Of a stretch of 64,000 nucleotides of DNA, positions 13,111 through 27,227 are shown in pieces; positions within the stretch are counted from its first letter, which is position 1; each line of letters starts with the position of its first letter. A model generated the notes under the pieces. The model was not told the origin of the DNA, ran no database searches, and saw nothing but the letters and a program-made list of their open reading frames with translations. Both the position numbers and the translations under genes were made by a program. The stretch is from Azolla caroliniana (Eukaryota > Plantae > Polypodiophyta), in assembly GCA_043228905.1 (NCBI GenBank), contig JBHGNT010000002.1, forward strand, positions 18,848,001 through 18,912,000, read 5' to 3'.

Positions 13111-14728
13111 ATGGAACAAGTTTTGAACGTTGTTGGAGCAATCTCTTCGACCGAGACCTCTCAACTCCAATCCGCATCTCGCACACAAGCTGAGATCACT
13201 ATTGAGCAATTACTCACTACTACCTTGAATCAATTGGCCGAAATGAGGTAGGCCAATATGGCATTGGAAAAGAAATTCCAAGAATTGACAATTGAGTCTA
13301 AGAAAGAAGGTGAGCCTTCTTTCATAGTAACGCCATTCAAGGGAGATAAGAAAGAAAGAACCGAGGAGGCCATTAGCACTTGGCTTGGTCGTTGGGAGTC
13401 TCACTTTGAGCTCCACCCCAAGCCTGATGCTGTAAAAATTGGTTACGTCAGTCGTGAGTTAGGTGGCCGAGCTGCTGCTTGGTGGCGCGGCCTAAGGACT
13501 ACAAAGAACTTACCCACAACTTGGGAAGGTTTCATGGATGTTTTTAAGAAATAGTTTTTGCAGCCACCTTCTCAAACTGAACAAGCGCAACACTTGCTCA
13601 CGTTGTCGAGTAAACCATTTACCTCTCTTGAGGATTATGTGCATCATGCTCGGACCTAGATCCAAAAATCGGAACTTACGGGTGAGAAATGGTTTATTTG
13701 CATGCTTTTTGAATGATATTCCTAATGGGTATTATCATTGGATTGTCCATGACAAGGACCCCACAACTTTTGAGGAAGCCGTCAACATTGTACTTCGGTA
13801 CCATAAGATATCCAAGAAAGACCACAATAAACCCGAGTTCACCAAAACTCCGATTGTCAAGTTCATTGGGAAATGTAAGCAATCCAATGACACTCTTGAC
13901 CACGACTCCAAGAAACCTAACCTCTTCTATGCATATTGCAAGAAATGGGGCCACACAAAGGATACCTGCCGTTGTCTTGAGAGGAAGTCAATGAACACCC
14001 CTCCTCAAGACAAATCTACGAGTCACACAGGTGAGTCTTTTGATGTTGTTAAAGTTCATACCAACCACTTAAGTTCATGTGAATGCACTTTTCCTTCACA
14101 TTTACTTGGACCTATTGATATACTCCAAGTAGTCGGGTATATCAATGGAACACAAACACATTTCTTGTTTGATTCCGGTGGTTCTCACAATTTTCTTAAT
14201 GATCACTTTGTGCAGCAAATGGAACTCCACATAAACGCAAGTGATCATATCTATCAAGCTCAATACATTAGTGGCATTGTTTGTCAACTGCCAATTCAAA
14301 TAGATACCTATTTGGAGAAGCTTGACTTTCAGGTTAATGAAACTACAATCCATAGATGTCATTTTAGGATACCCTTGGTTTTTTAATAAAAACCCTTCTT
14401 TGTCCATTGATTGGATTAATCACTCAATCACATTTGAACTTAATAATTGTAAACATTTTATTCAATGTTCCAAACTTCCTTCTCGTTCACTTGTGTCTTC
14501 TAAATCTTTAAGTGAGTATTCAAGTTCATTAATTTATTCGTGTGTAATTGATCTTGCGCTTCAATTTTATTATTTTAATATTAACACAACACAATTACCA
14601 CATTATGAACAACGATTACTTGAATCTATTTTAGACGATTTTCAAGACGTGTTTCCTAACGAATTGCCACTTACTTTACCACCAAAACGTAATGTGGACC
14701 ATCAAATTGAACTCATTCCTGGTGCTGG
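13111..14728 (+). pseudogene. Element A gag-protease
   Basis: ORFs 13258-13554, 13538-14386, 14322-14741 with stops and frameshifts. Confidence 0.85.
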
Positions 14729-15169
14729 TGTTGCCGATTAGGAACACGGTCCGCGGTCAGTCCTTCGGCCTAAACCTCCAAGTGGGTGTGGAACAACGAA
14801 TAGGCGTCTAAGCGTAATGCGTAGGGGAATCTTCCCTGTAACCTATCAGCGTATAAGGGAGACAGCTACAACCGAATCCTTAGCAAAGGTTACACTTTTG
14901 TTCTTACACGCTTAGGTTTTCAAGACACACACAGTGGATTAGTTGTAGCTATACACAGAGAATCAGAGAAGATAGAATTCTATTATGAGACGTTTCTTAC
15001 ATTCCCAAAATTACACGCTCCCTCTATCAGAGGTTTTCTGCCCTTTATATACGTAGGGTCTATTTAGCCGTTCACGCTTCCTGCGTGAACCGTTACATGC
15101 GTTATGATCTTATATTATTTCTTATTCCTACGCTCTTGTCCGTCAGTTACTATTCCGGAGGACAACACC

Positions 15170-15186
15170 TGGCACGCCGGTGGGAC
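15170..15186 (+). promoter_or_regulatory. Second, oppositely oriented tRNA-Arg-complementary site at the PPT position of B
   Basis: TGGCACGCCGGTGGGAC 2 nt from the left LTR. Confidence 0.7.
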
Positions 15187-15327
15187 AGTGCCCTGGCACG
15201 TCGGACAGATCCCTTTAATCCTCTTCCAAAATGGCCCGGATGTTTGGCTCTGTTGCGGTGTCCGCTCTCGCGTTGTTACGCATGTGCATGCAGAAAGAGG
15301 TGGGACCACGGGGGCCTTGAACCGAGG

Positions 15328-15398
<71 letters not shown>

Positions 15399-16055
15399 CA
15401 GATACGCGGAAGTGAGAAGGAGAGAGAACGAACGGTACCCTTAATTACAATAACAGTCAATTACAATATCAAGAGATTACAAACTCTGACGGTTACAACC
15501 GGCGAGCCGGCGATGGACCTGACACGGGGACCCTACTCACGCACATAGACGGAACACACTGGACCCAGAAAACATAGAAGGGAGAGCCTCTGCTGGCAAT
15601 GCATGGGCTACCCACGAAGCAGAGGCGTCGAACTCCCAGCACCCACAGAGAATGATGGTCCGAGGAGGAGAGAGAGCTCGACACTCGGTCCTGCAACACC
15701 TCGTCCTCGCTATCGCGCGATCCCTTTTCCATTCCTCTCCCTCTCTTTTATAGCCCAAGGAGGGAGGCCGTTATCATCCGTTACATCACATTAATTCTCT
15801 GTCCTTTCGGATAGAGATACACCTCGATTCTCTCCCTATTGAATGCGTGCTACCTAGGATTTCCTCTCAGCCGACTTGTACCTACCTACTTACCATACAA
15901 CGAAAAGTGTGCTCGCGTGTAAGGGCCGGTTTACACACGCTAAACTTGGTTTCCGCCTAGGAACGGTTTTCTTTACGACATCCACCCCCACCTAACTGCG
16001 CATCCACCGGTATGTGCCAAAATTAGGCTCTTGCTGGAGAAAACCGGTCCATGCT

Positions 16056-19000
16056 TTACTCCTCGTTTTCCGGATCGTCATCCGCTTTGGACCGCTCGTG
16101 GTCGCCGTCCATGCTTTCCAGATCCGGCTCGCACTCGTGTCGTTTCTTAAACGCTTTGACCCTCTTCCCCGCTACCAGTATTGCCATCCTCGTACCGTCG
16201 AGCTCCGCAAGATGGTAGGTCCCGTTGTCGTTGGCGCCTGTCATTGTGTAGGACCCGATCTTCTTTGGTCGCAACCGGTGTGTCCGGTTGAACCGGGTCT
16301 GGTTCCGCTCCCTTGCTGCCCGCAGCTTTTCCTTCGCCCTTTTCATGTCCTCCGGCCTCCGCTCGAGTTGCCGAATCCGCGCCGCCAGCAACTCCTCCCA
16401 ACTCATCTCGTCCTTCCAATCTACCGCCGCCCATGAAGAAACCGTCCATTCCACCGGCATGATCGGCTTCTGTCCGTACATCAGTTCTGCCGGCATAAAC
16501 CCTATCACCGAACTGTGCGTAGTTCGGTCCGCCCATAGTGCGTAAGGAGGGAGCCGCGGCCAATTCCCGACCTGCCCTCCGCATGCACGCACCAACGCCT
16601 TTACGATCGGCCTGTGCCCACGTTCTACCTTCCTGTTCGCCTCCGGATTGTACGCCGTAGTGAGGGAGAGTTTGACCCCTAGCCGGTCGAACAACTCCTC
16701 AGCTTCCCGCGCATCTAGCTCTCCCCGGTCTGCCACGATCCTCCTGACACACCCGTACCGACACACTACCTCTTCGATCAGGAACTGGCATACCGCCACG
16801 GTTGTCTTGTTCTGCAGTGCACGGCCTTCCACTTGGTTCGTTAAGTCTTCCCGCGCGAGCACCAGGTATCGCATTTGTCCTACTCCCATCGGCATCGTTA
16901 CCAAGTCCACCATCCACTTGAAATGGACCACAGGCGGGTAAGTCGGGTGTAGCTCGTCCCCATGTCGGACTACGAGTGCATCTAACAGCTTTCACAAGTC
17001 GTTACGAACCGATGCACATCCTGGTACAGCCCGGCCACGAGTACTTCTCCTTCAGCTTCTCGAACGTGGCCCACATTCTGCGGTGCCCGGCCCAGGGACT
17101 CTCATGAAATGCCGCTAGTAGTTCCTCCTGTTCATCTTTCCTTGCCACTACTCGGAGCGGGATTCCGTTTCTCTTCTTCGGGTGCCTCCATATGCACTTG
17201 TCCCGTAGGAAGAATCGATACGCCTTCTTCCGTACCCGGCTTGCCTCTTCTTTCGTCCATGCTGCGTCCGGCGTCATCGTCCGTAGGAACCTCCCGATTT
17301 GGAGCCACTCCCCGTCGTACCTGCTTTCGTCAAATTCGTTAAGCGCCGGAGTGTCCCTTTTCCCCGTCGTTACGTTAGCCGACCCGAAGAAGTCCTCGCC
17401 GACTTCTTCGTCATCCGAAACCATGCCGTCTTCGTCGTTGAAACTCGCTCTCGAAAGCATGTCGGCCATGGTGTTATCCTTTCCGGAGATGTGCCGTATC
17501 TCCGGGTTCAAGGACTTAATGTACGCGCTATCCACCGGAGCATTGCTAGGTCCGACGTCACGCATCCGGAAACCATGCCGAGTATCGGCAGGCAGTCCGT
17601 CTCGATGATCACCTCCGTCCCGATCAGATAGTCCTTGTCGGCCTTGACTGCCGAAACGATACCCCAAAGCTCGCGCTTAACTTGGGCGTATCCTTGCTGC
17701 CGCTCGCTCAATACCTTCACCCCGAACCGGATCGGGAATCGTACGCTGTCCTTGTCCTCCTGACTAATTACCCACCCGATCCCGGTCGGGCTCGTGTCCA
17801 CCGTCACGCAAATGGGGACACCCTTGTCGTAAACCTCTTTACGGAGGGCCGACGCTACTGTAAGCGCCTCCTTTAGTCTCCGAACCGACTCCGTGTGCTC
17901 CGTCCTCCACTCGAACCCACGCCCATTCTTCAATAGCCCGTAGAGAGGCTCCGCAACATGCGTGTAGTGCGGAATCCAGATGTGGTAGAACGCGCATGCT
18001 CCCAAGAATCTAAGGACCTCCATGACCGACCCGCAATTGTCCCTCATCGCGGAGATGGCCTCTATCTTTGCCGGAGACGGTTTCCTCCTATAGGGCCCGC
18101 ACAGGTGTCCGACCACCAAGATCTCCGACTGTCCGAACGCCGATTTTTCTCTGAAGAAGGTGAGTCGTGCGTTTTCGAGCCTCTGCAGCACCTTCTCGCA
18201 GTCGTTGATGTGGTTCACGAGAAACCTCCGGCATCCGTCTGGCCCGACAGTCTCGTTCGCGTCATCCACCGGACACCCCTTTATCGGGATGTCATCCAAG
18301 AATGGCATGGTGATGTCTGGGATGTAGTCCCTTAGCACTTTGTTCATTGCGTTCACCATATGCGCCACCGAATTTTTCCTGCCTTGTGGTAGGGTACACA
18401 TCCATACTAGGCTGAGAGGAGTTCACACCGTCGTGATATCCCTGCTTTCCACGGCTAGTTGGAACTGGTCGTACCCCGAGTATAAGTCACCAACCGAATA
18501 GATCGACCTTCCAGCGAAGGCCTCCATGAACTGTTCTATGGTCGGTCCGAATCCTGCGTTACGGATGGTCACCTTGTTGACCGGTTGCAGGTCCTGAATG
18601 AAGCGCAACGTGCCGTTCTTCGTTGGCACCGTAAACCACCGATTCGAATACGGGGCACTCGATGGTTCGAGGATGCCCATCTCTACCTTTTGCTTCAGAA
18701 GCTCCATCAACTTCGGGATGTGAGCTCTCGGCACCGGAATCAGTTTGAGACTCCACGGTACATGCGGTACCGTGAGGATCACCATCGGTTCGACGATCAT
18801 CGGGTCCATGCGCCCAATCTCCTCCGGCGAGAACGCGAAGGCTTCCCCATGCCTTCCGAGCATTCTCCGAAACCTGTTCTCCTCCGCCGGCAGTAAAAAG
18901 CCACCCCCACCAACCTTGAGCTCCCGTAGCGTTATGTCGGTGAACCGGTGCCCTATGCCAGCCGGATTCCGTAAACTTGGGTCCGACGTGACCCCTTTTA

Positions 19001-21229
19001 TCCGCTCCTCACTGCCCTTCGGCAAGGGTGCCGCGACCGGCCTTACCTTCTGGTCCACAGTCTTGTACTTTGCACTCACGCGGGCCATCCGATCCGACCC
19101 GATCCTTTCCCCGAAGTCCGCGATGACTTCCATTCCCATCGAACCTACCGGAACGGTCCGGTCTTCTCTAAGGTCTTCACCAATCACCTTTCGCAACTCG
19201 CCCAAGGTGTCGTCAAAAGAGACCGCCTCCACGGCTCCGCTGATCTCTTCGTCGGAGGAGAGGACTCCGCATCCCCTGAGCCGCTCCTTCGCTCGCTTCC
19301 TTTCCCGGCCGTTGATGCCGGCCATAGTACAACCTCCGTTGTCAGAGAACCAAAATTTCCTACTTATGGTGCAGGTCTTCTTCCGTACTGTACATTTGTG
19401 GGGTTTTTCCTGGGTGCCCGGACTATTGCGGCCCCACGCCTTGATAGCACTCTCTAAAAATCCCCTCGGGTTTCGCCACCGAGGGTCTCGCAATTACGCT
19501 CATGGTTTGGTCGCACTGTCAGGAACTGGACTGAGTGACACCTGTCCTGGCTCTTGACTCTTGCATAGGCCGAACCGTTGTCCAGCACCTTGGTCTCCAT
19601 CCGTGCCGCCGTGATGTATGGCTCTCCTAGTATAACCGGATGCGAGGACATCTCCTGCACGAAGAAGTGCTGGTCGATCTCGACATCGCCGATTTTCCCC
19701 CGTACGTTCGGACAGGCTCCATGTAGTTCTTCCATGGCATGCGTTGTTGCCCGTATTTTCCAGCCATGCTTGGTGTTGATCGGCCATTTACCCCTCTTGT
19801 AGAAATCCATGGACATCAGGTTGATTTCGGATCCATGGTCTACCAAGGCCACCACCGGTTCCGGAACGTCGCCGATCCGTATAGGGGTTTCTGTAGTTGC
19901 CCTGGCCAATTGCGGCTTCGTGTCGTGGCTTTCCGCCAACTCGTCTTCTAGGGCCGTGTCTTCCAAGTGCGTGGTCCGCACCTTGACCGGCTAATCCGGT
20001 TCCAGCTCCGTCGAGAGCCTCTTCCACTTCACCAAGTCTACGATGGAGTCGTGGAACTCCCTCTTGGCGATTCCCAAGACCTCCCGCAATGACAGCTCCA
20101 TTTTACTGTCGAGGATCCGCTCTTCAAGGACCTTCCGTAGGTCCGTTGCTCTCTCTATTTCGGTGCTCAACCGAAACCCCGCTTGCTTCTTCCAATCCGG
20201 CGTGCCTGGGTTGCCGGCACCGGTCGGTTTCGGTCTGGACCGGGTCTCGTACCTCTGCGGGGGACCGACCCCTCCGGCCTTTCCTGGCCGTTTGTCTTCC
20301 ACCAGAACCTCGTAGTTCTGGCAAGCGGCTTCTGTGAAGCCCGTTTTCTCTTCGACCGGATCGTCCCAACCGGTGACCTCCTGGACCCGCTGTTCCGTGC
20401 GGTCCACCTCTTCCTTCTTCAACCGAGCTCCGGAGAGGCCTTCTAACACTAGCGGCCAGAATCCGGAGTCCTTCGCCTTCCGGGTCTCATCACCCCCGAC
20501 CAGAATTCCCGTCGACATTGAGTAGTTAACGGCTTCAACGTGCCATGCCGCGACCTCTTCCATCAACCTCTTCATTTCGCCGTGCCCCGTATTTAGTTCT
20601 AGGGCTCTCCGGGTCTCACTTGCGTGCACCCGCCTATTCCAGAGGTACACCACATTGGTCCTGAGCGCGTCGGCGAAATCCGTGCAATCCTTCCGAATGT
20701 GACTGATCGCGTCACACCACATGCACCGTTGCCCAGCCGGCAGCCTCCGGTCGCGAGGTTATTCGCCGTTGTCTCTCCGGGCCTGTGCGATCTGCAGGTC
20801 GCGCACCATTTGTGTCAACTCCTCCAGAGCCGCTCCTCCGGATGGGCCTCTGACCACATCATTCGATGCCGACCCCGACTCTAGCCAGATTTAGGTCTCT
20901 TCCTTCCTACCGGCCGACACCGATACCGGATCCTCGAGCCTCCTCGCCGGGACCGACCCTGACTCCGACGAGCTTCCGTCGCTCCAATCGCGCCGTTTGT
21001 CGAAACAGCTGCAGACCCGTTTTACCACGGCCTAGTCTGCTATGAGCCCTTCGTCCGTTTCCAATATGGGACCCACTTTTTCCCTGTCGAGCGCGTCCAC
21101 CGACTTGACAAACAGTAGTACTCGACACATTTCGAGCACTATCCAGTCCAGCGTCGACAGCCGCGCGAACCGTTTTACCAGCCGGTTGACGGCTACTGCC
21201 ATTGCCTCTGCTAGCTCCGATTCCCTCAT
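16056..21229 (-). pseudogene. Element C gag-pol
   Basis: Protease LVDHGSEIN, RT FIQDLQPVNK/FLDD, RNase H VDTSPTGIG, integrase HESPWAGHR, VADRGE, YNPEANRKVERGH. Confidence 0.9.
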
Positions 21230-21900
21230 CTTTCGACTCCTTTGCCGCCCGTTTCACGTCGGGTTCACCAAATATGTCGCGTTGTTACGCGCGTGCGTGC
21301 AGAAAGAGGTGGGACCACGGGGGCCTTGAACCGAGGAGCGAGAGAGAGAGAGAGAGATTTGCAGATATGCGGAAGCGAGAAGGAGAGAGAACGAATGGTA
21401 CCCTTAATTACAATAACACTTGATCATAATATCACGAGATTACAAACTCTGACAGTTCCAACCGGCGAGCCGGTGATGGACCCGACACGGGGACCCTACT
21501 CACGCACACAGACGGAACACACTGGACCCAGAAAACGTAGAAGGGAGAGCCTCTGCTAGTAGTGCACGGGCTACCCACGAAGCAAAGGCGTCGAACTCCC
21601 AGCACCCACAGAGAATGACGGTCTGAGGAGGAGAGAGAGCTTGACACTTGGTCCTGCAACACCTCCTCGCTAACGCGCGATCCCTTTTGCATTCCTCTCC
21701 CTCTCTTTTATAGCCCAAGGAGGGAGGCCGTTATCATCCGTTACATCACATTAATTCTCTGTCCTTTCGGACAGAGAAACCCCTCGATTCTCTCCCTATT
21801 GAATGCGTGCTACCTAGGATTTCCTCTTAGCCGACTTGTACCTAACTACTTACCATACAACAAAAAGTGTGCTCGCGTGTAAGGGCCGGTTTACACACGC

Positions 21901-24900
21901 TGTCGTGAAGAATTTCGGCCATAGGCGAAAACCGGGAAACATTGGCTACATCAGCGGGGTGCAACGTGTGTACGCACCCATGTACATTTAGTGTGAATAT
22001 CGAGGGCGCCTGGGTGCAACGTGTGTACGCACCCATGTACATTTAGTGTGAATATTGAGGGCGCCTTTATGGCGCCGAAGAGTAGTCAAGTCGGGATAGA
22101 CGATCCCATGTAAGTTGGGATTTGTCCCGCATTGTAATGCTTCCCTTCCGTCCCGACTTGACTACTCTTCGGCGCCATAAAGGCGCCCTCGATATTCACA
22201 CTAAATGTACATGGGTGCGTACACACGTTGCACCCCGCTGATGTAGCCAATGTTTCCCGGTTTTCGCCTATGGCCGAAATTCTTCACGACATCCGCCCCC
22301 ACCTAACTGCACATCCACCGGTATGTGCCAAGTCCGGTTGAAGGGTGAGAGATTTCGGCCGGTGAGAAACCGGTCTTCCGTGATCCGCATCTCGGCTCGC
22401 TGCCGGTTTGATCCGTCGGCTTCGAGTCTTCCTTCGCGCTCGCCTCCCCGTAGGCTCGTTCGACCCGTTGATGGGTCCTCTGTCGCGATCTCCGTAGTAC
22501 GCGTTCTTCCGTTGGCCCTTGTTCGGCCGTATGAACGCCCCGCTTCCCCCGTATGCCCGATGTCCTCCGCTTGAGGAATGCTCGTGGCAGCCCGCTTGGC
22601 CTCTGTTGTCGAATCGTGATGTCCGGATGGTGTTTCGCGTCGCCTTCGTCCTTCCGCCGCCACCTTCCTTCTCCATGGTCTTAAATCGCCGCGTCGGCTC
22701 GAACCGCCATGGTCTCCGGAACAGTGCGGAGGATCCCTTTCGGGCCTTCTCCGCGCTCGCCTTTCCGCTCCGGCACCTCCGTGTGCCACATAACCTCGTC
22801 CGTTGTTTGGCACTGCCCGTGTTGCACTCCTTGTCGGCCCCCTTTCCGGCCAGATCGTGCATCGCTGCTCACCCGCTTACCGGTGTCCTCTGCATCTGAG
22901 GAACACCCCGTAGTAGCCCGCTTGGCCCTTCCCGTCTTCATGCTGCTGCAACAGGTCCTGAGTCTTCTGCTTGCTATCGTCCCCTCGCCCCCACCAGCTT
23001 GTCACCCCGGCTTGCCGTGTCAGTCTTCATTACTTCGACGGAGCTACCGAGATCTACGAAGCGAGTAGGAGGATCCTTCACACCGGTTCTAGAGACTTCG
23101 GCAGTCGGCAACGTGGTCGACGTAAGACCAAGATAGTGACGGTGGCGGCGAGGTGACGAAGGCAAGGGCTACGGAAGGTCAGTCGACGGAGGATCCTTCA
23201 CACCGGTTCTAGAGACTTCGGCAGTCGGCAATGCGGTCGACGTAAGACCAAGATACTGATGGTGGCGGCGAGGTGACGAAGACAATGGGCATAAGGAAGT
23301 CCGGTCCTACGGGATCCCCACACCTGATCCGGAGACTCCGGCAGTTCCGCCAACATGGCAACGTGAGACCGAGGGAGAAGGATGGTGGCGGCGGGAAACG
23401 GGACCCGGCTACGCGGAAGACATGAGGAGAGTCTGGGAGGGACCTAAGCAAAAGACACCCGAATTTCGGCAAGCATAGAAACGGAGTCCGGTCCTATGGG
23501 ACCCTCACACTGATCCGGAGACTCCGGCAGTTCGGCCAACGTGGCAACGTGAGACCGAGGGAGAAGGACGGTGGCGGCAGGGAACGGGATCCGACGACAC
23601 GAGGTTCGGAAGGAGCCGGTAGGGGCAAACACGGGGAGGTGTGTCAGGCCGGAAACGCACACCTAGAACAGAACAAGAGTCTCGCAAATGGCCATCGCGG
23701 GCCGGATCGAAGCGTGACTACGGGACGGTGTTCGGCGCGGGTGGGGCCGAACGAAGGAAGCGGAAGACGGCACAAGGGAGGTGCCGAGAACGAAGTGACA
23801 AGTGCCTAGTGGACTGCACAGGGTCGGAATCCGGATGGCAAGAGAGGCCGGAGGAGGATTCTCCACACTCGCTTCGTAGATCTCGGTAGCTCCGTCGAAG
23901 TAACGAAGATTGACACGGCAAGCCGGGGTGACAAGCTGGTGGGGGCGAGGGGACGACGGCAAGCGGAAGACTCATGACCTATTGCAGCAGCACGAAGACG
24001 GGAAGGGCCAAGCGGGCTACTACGGGGTGTTCCTCAGATGTAGAGGACACCGGTATGCGGGTGAGCAGCGATGCACGATCTGGCCGGAAAGGGAGCCGAC
24101 AAGGAGTGCAATACGGGCAATGCCAAACAACGGACGAGGGTATGTGGCACACGGAGGTGCCAGAGCGAAAAGGCGAGCGCGGAGAAGGCCGGAAAGGGAT
24201 CCTCCACACCGTTCCGGAGACCATGGCGGTTCGAGCCGACGCGGCGATGTAAGACCATGGAGAAGGAAGGTGGCGGCGGAAGGACGAAGGCGACGCAAAA
24301 CACCATCGGGACATCACGATTCGACAACGGAGGCCAAGCGGGCTGCCACAAGCATTCCTCAAGCGGAGGACATCGGGCATATGGCGGGAAGCGGGGCGTT
24401 CATACGACCGAACAAGGGCCAACGGAAGAACGCGTACTACGGAGATCGCGGCAGAGGACCCATCGACGGGTCGAACGAGCCTACGGGGAGGCGAGCGCGA
24501 AGGAAGACTCGAAGCCGACGGATCAAACCGGCAGCGAGCCAAGATGCGGATCACGGAAGACCGGTTTCTCACCGGCGGAAATCTCTCACCCTTTAACCGG
24601 ACTTGGCACATACCGGTGGATGTGCAGTTCGGTGGGGGCGGATATCGTGAAGAATTTTGGCCATAGGCGAAAACCGGGAAACATTGGCTACATCGGCGGG
24701 GTGCAGCGCGTGTACGTACCCATGTACATTTAGTGTGAATATCGAGGGCGCCTTTATGGTGCCGAGGAGTAGTCAAGTCGGGACAAACGATCCCATGTAA
24801 GTCGGGATTTGTCCCGCATTGTAATGCCTCCCTTTCCTTGTTCTATAAAAGGAAGGGAACGCCCTTTGTCAAGGGGTTGCCCATTTTGCAATAGAGGGTA

Positions 24901-25406
24901 TACCGTTAGGTTTAGAGTTAGGTTCTTTCTTCTTCTTCCTCTTCGTGTTCACTTAGGGTTTGCTGCAGCTTATCTCCTGTGCAAGACCCCGCTCGGCGCG
25001 ACGAGCCCGAGAGCTCCCCGACGGCGGCTTGGCAGCAGACGACTACTGTAACCTACCTCAGCCCAGCTCGAAGCCGGGAATGTATTCTTCTGTTTATACA
25101 TATAGATATGTTTGCGTCTGTTTGTGTATATTCGCGTCTCTGTTGGTGTCGGGTGCTTCCCCTTTCCTGCGTTTCATGTACATAAGGGCGTGAGTTAGGT
25201 CTGCATGTGTGTGTGTGTGCGTGTGTGTGCGTGAGTCGGTGTTAAGCACGCGCTCCCTCTCTTTCTCTCTCTCCCTTCGGTTGCTTCCGGCGTGTTTCTG
25301 GGATGCCTCGGTAACGGTGAAGCACGACTTCCTACACTCAATCACTCCCTAGTCCAAGACCCCCGTGGTCCCGCCTTTCTCCACGCACGCGCATAACAAC
25401 GCGACA
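21901..25406 (+). mobile_element. Element D: non-autonomous LTR element related to C, inserted antisense in the C 5' LTR, with internal inverted duplication
   Basis: Partial 5' LTR 21901-~22149, PPT 24631-24642, full 3' LTR 24643-25406; LTR end and pre-PPT sequence resemble C; no pol motifs. Confidence 0.85.
22150..24784. repeat. Long inverted repeat, arms 22150-23066 and 23867-24784, ~800-bp spacer with diverged ~118-bp tandem units
   Basis: Near-identical ORF translations on opposite strands (22284-22862 minus vs 24071-24733 plus). Confidence 0.92.
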
Positions 25407-27196
25407 TTGCTAAACTCGGTTTCCGCCTAGAGACGGTTTTCTTCACGACACCACGTCCAGAGGTGATGTAGGGCCTATAGGTGCAACATGGTGTCCCCTG
25501 TTTGGTCGGGCTGGTTTCTCCCGGAGTCGCAGTCGCCGTGTGTGGGCGGTCCAGGTATGGTGGGCTCTTCTTCAGCTAGTGGGTTGGGCTCCATCGTTGT
25601 CGTGCTTGCAGTCGGTTGCGGCTCTGCCTCCATTGTTACGTCCTCCGTGGTGTCGGCCGTTTTTGTACGTTCCGGGGAGTGAGGCGGAGATTCCGCCTGG
25701 GCCGCACCGTTCTCCGTGTGGTCCGATGATAGCGTGGGCTCGTGCGGGTGAACCTCCTCTTGTGCAGTGGTTTCGCTGTCTGGTCCTGTGGGGGACTCCG
25801 CTCGTCGGTCCGCGCTGTTCCCCATCGTTGTCATTTTTGGTGATCGGGCCTGAGGTTCCTCTTCTTTGGCCGAGCTCGGCATTGGCATCGCGCTGGATTC
25901 CTCGTTTGTGCGTGTGTTGCCGGCTTGTGTGATCTGGTGAAATAGCTCCTCCTGGCTTTCACCAAAATCATCTAAGAGTTGCGCGTGTTCTTCAGAGTGT
26001 TGGTCCGCTAGCACACGATAGTCTTGCGCTAGGTCCTCTCGTACGGCCGCAATGCTCTCCTCATTTAGTTTATAGAAACCTCAGCCGTCTTTTCACCGGT
26101 TCTCCCAGTCCGCACGATACGCGTGCAATTCCGCTGCTTGGGTTGCCCACGCCATCCATCCTTTGTCTAGCGTCGTTTTCAATTGCGCTGTGAACCTCTC
26201 CCGATTTGTTTGGAGAAGGATACGCATGTTATCTGTGATGGCCTGGCAACGGTTGCGTGCGTCCTCCATCGACTTTTGGAGGTTTGCGATTTCTTGTTGT
26301 TTAACCGCCGCCGCTTCTTCGTACGTGGCCTTCAGGCCCGCCCACAGCTGGGATTCCTTTGCATGCTGTTCTTCTAATTTCCCCGTTTCATTGTTTCGGC
26401 GGATTTCGAGCTGATGCCTTCTGTCTTGTTCGACCACCAACTGCTCGTCGAACAATACCTTCTTTTTTTCTAATAAGGCCCACAGTCCCGCGATTGCCAC
26501 CTCCGATTTCTTCGCGTCCTCCCATAATTGGGCGTTGTTGTCTTTTGTCCGGATGTGCTGAGCTACCTCTGTAGCGAGTTTCTCTTCAAGGGTTTTTATT
26601 GCCTTCCGGCCGTTAGCCCGTATCTCCTTTTCTCTGTTTGAGGATTGGTGTAGTTCCGCTCGAAGGCGGTCAATTTCTGATTCCGCTAGTTGCACGGCCC
26701 TTTTCGCTTTTGAGGTGATGGCGGTCTAAGCCTCAAATTCTTCCTTTAAAGCGTCGATGGCGTGGTTTGGTGGCGGAGTTGCGTGTTGCGCCGTAGCCGC
26801 GTGAGCTTCCAACTCCGCGATGCGTTCGTTGGCTTTTTGTAGTTCGACTTGGGTCAGTTTCACCTTCTTCCAGACATTCTTATTTTTTATGGCCATCTCC
26901 TTGGCGCCCGTGTTGACCTTTGCTAGTTCCTGTAGTAAAACAGTGCTCGGCCACAACCGAGGAATAGGATCAACTTTCAGAAAACAGGAAATACAAAATG
27001 CACGAAGTACAATAGAGAGAAGAGTACACGGGATGTTTTACGTGGAAAACCCTAACGGGGGAAAAACCACGGGAGTCCTCAAACTCCAACTATCACTATA
27101 GACAGAGATGTACAATGGTGAAGCTACAAGGCAACAACCTTGAGCTCACTGTCTTCGCCACAGGCGGCGGCAGTACACAGAGGCAACGACCTCTTC

Positions 27197-27227
<31 letters not shown>

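Larger units (their letters stand above)
15266..25450 (-). mobile_element. Element C: Ty3/gypsy; 3' LTR 15266-15980, 5' LTR 21275-21900 plus 25411-25450; PBS-Trp 21253-21270; PPT 15981-15993
   Basis: LTR direct repeats; TGGTGAACCCGACGTGAA matches the plant tRNA-Trp 3' end as recalled; PPT AGGTGGGGGTGGA; flanks CCGC/CCAC. Confidence 0.92.

Noticed and set aside
18745-19557. 270-aa plus-strand ORF and similar antisense ORFs over pol genes
   Set aside because: Shadow frames of GC-rich retroelement coding sequence
15170-21270. tRNA-like sequences at 15170 and 21253 as tRNA genes
   Set aside because: Only 17-18 nt of the 3' end including CCA, no cloverleaf; these are primer sites
22268-24776. 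Overlapping 180-265 aa ORFs in D
   Set aside because: GC-rich sequence open in many frames; frameshift differences between the arms; no recognisable domains
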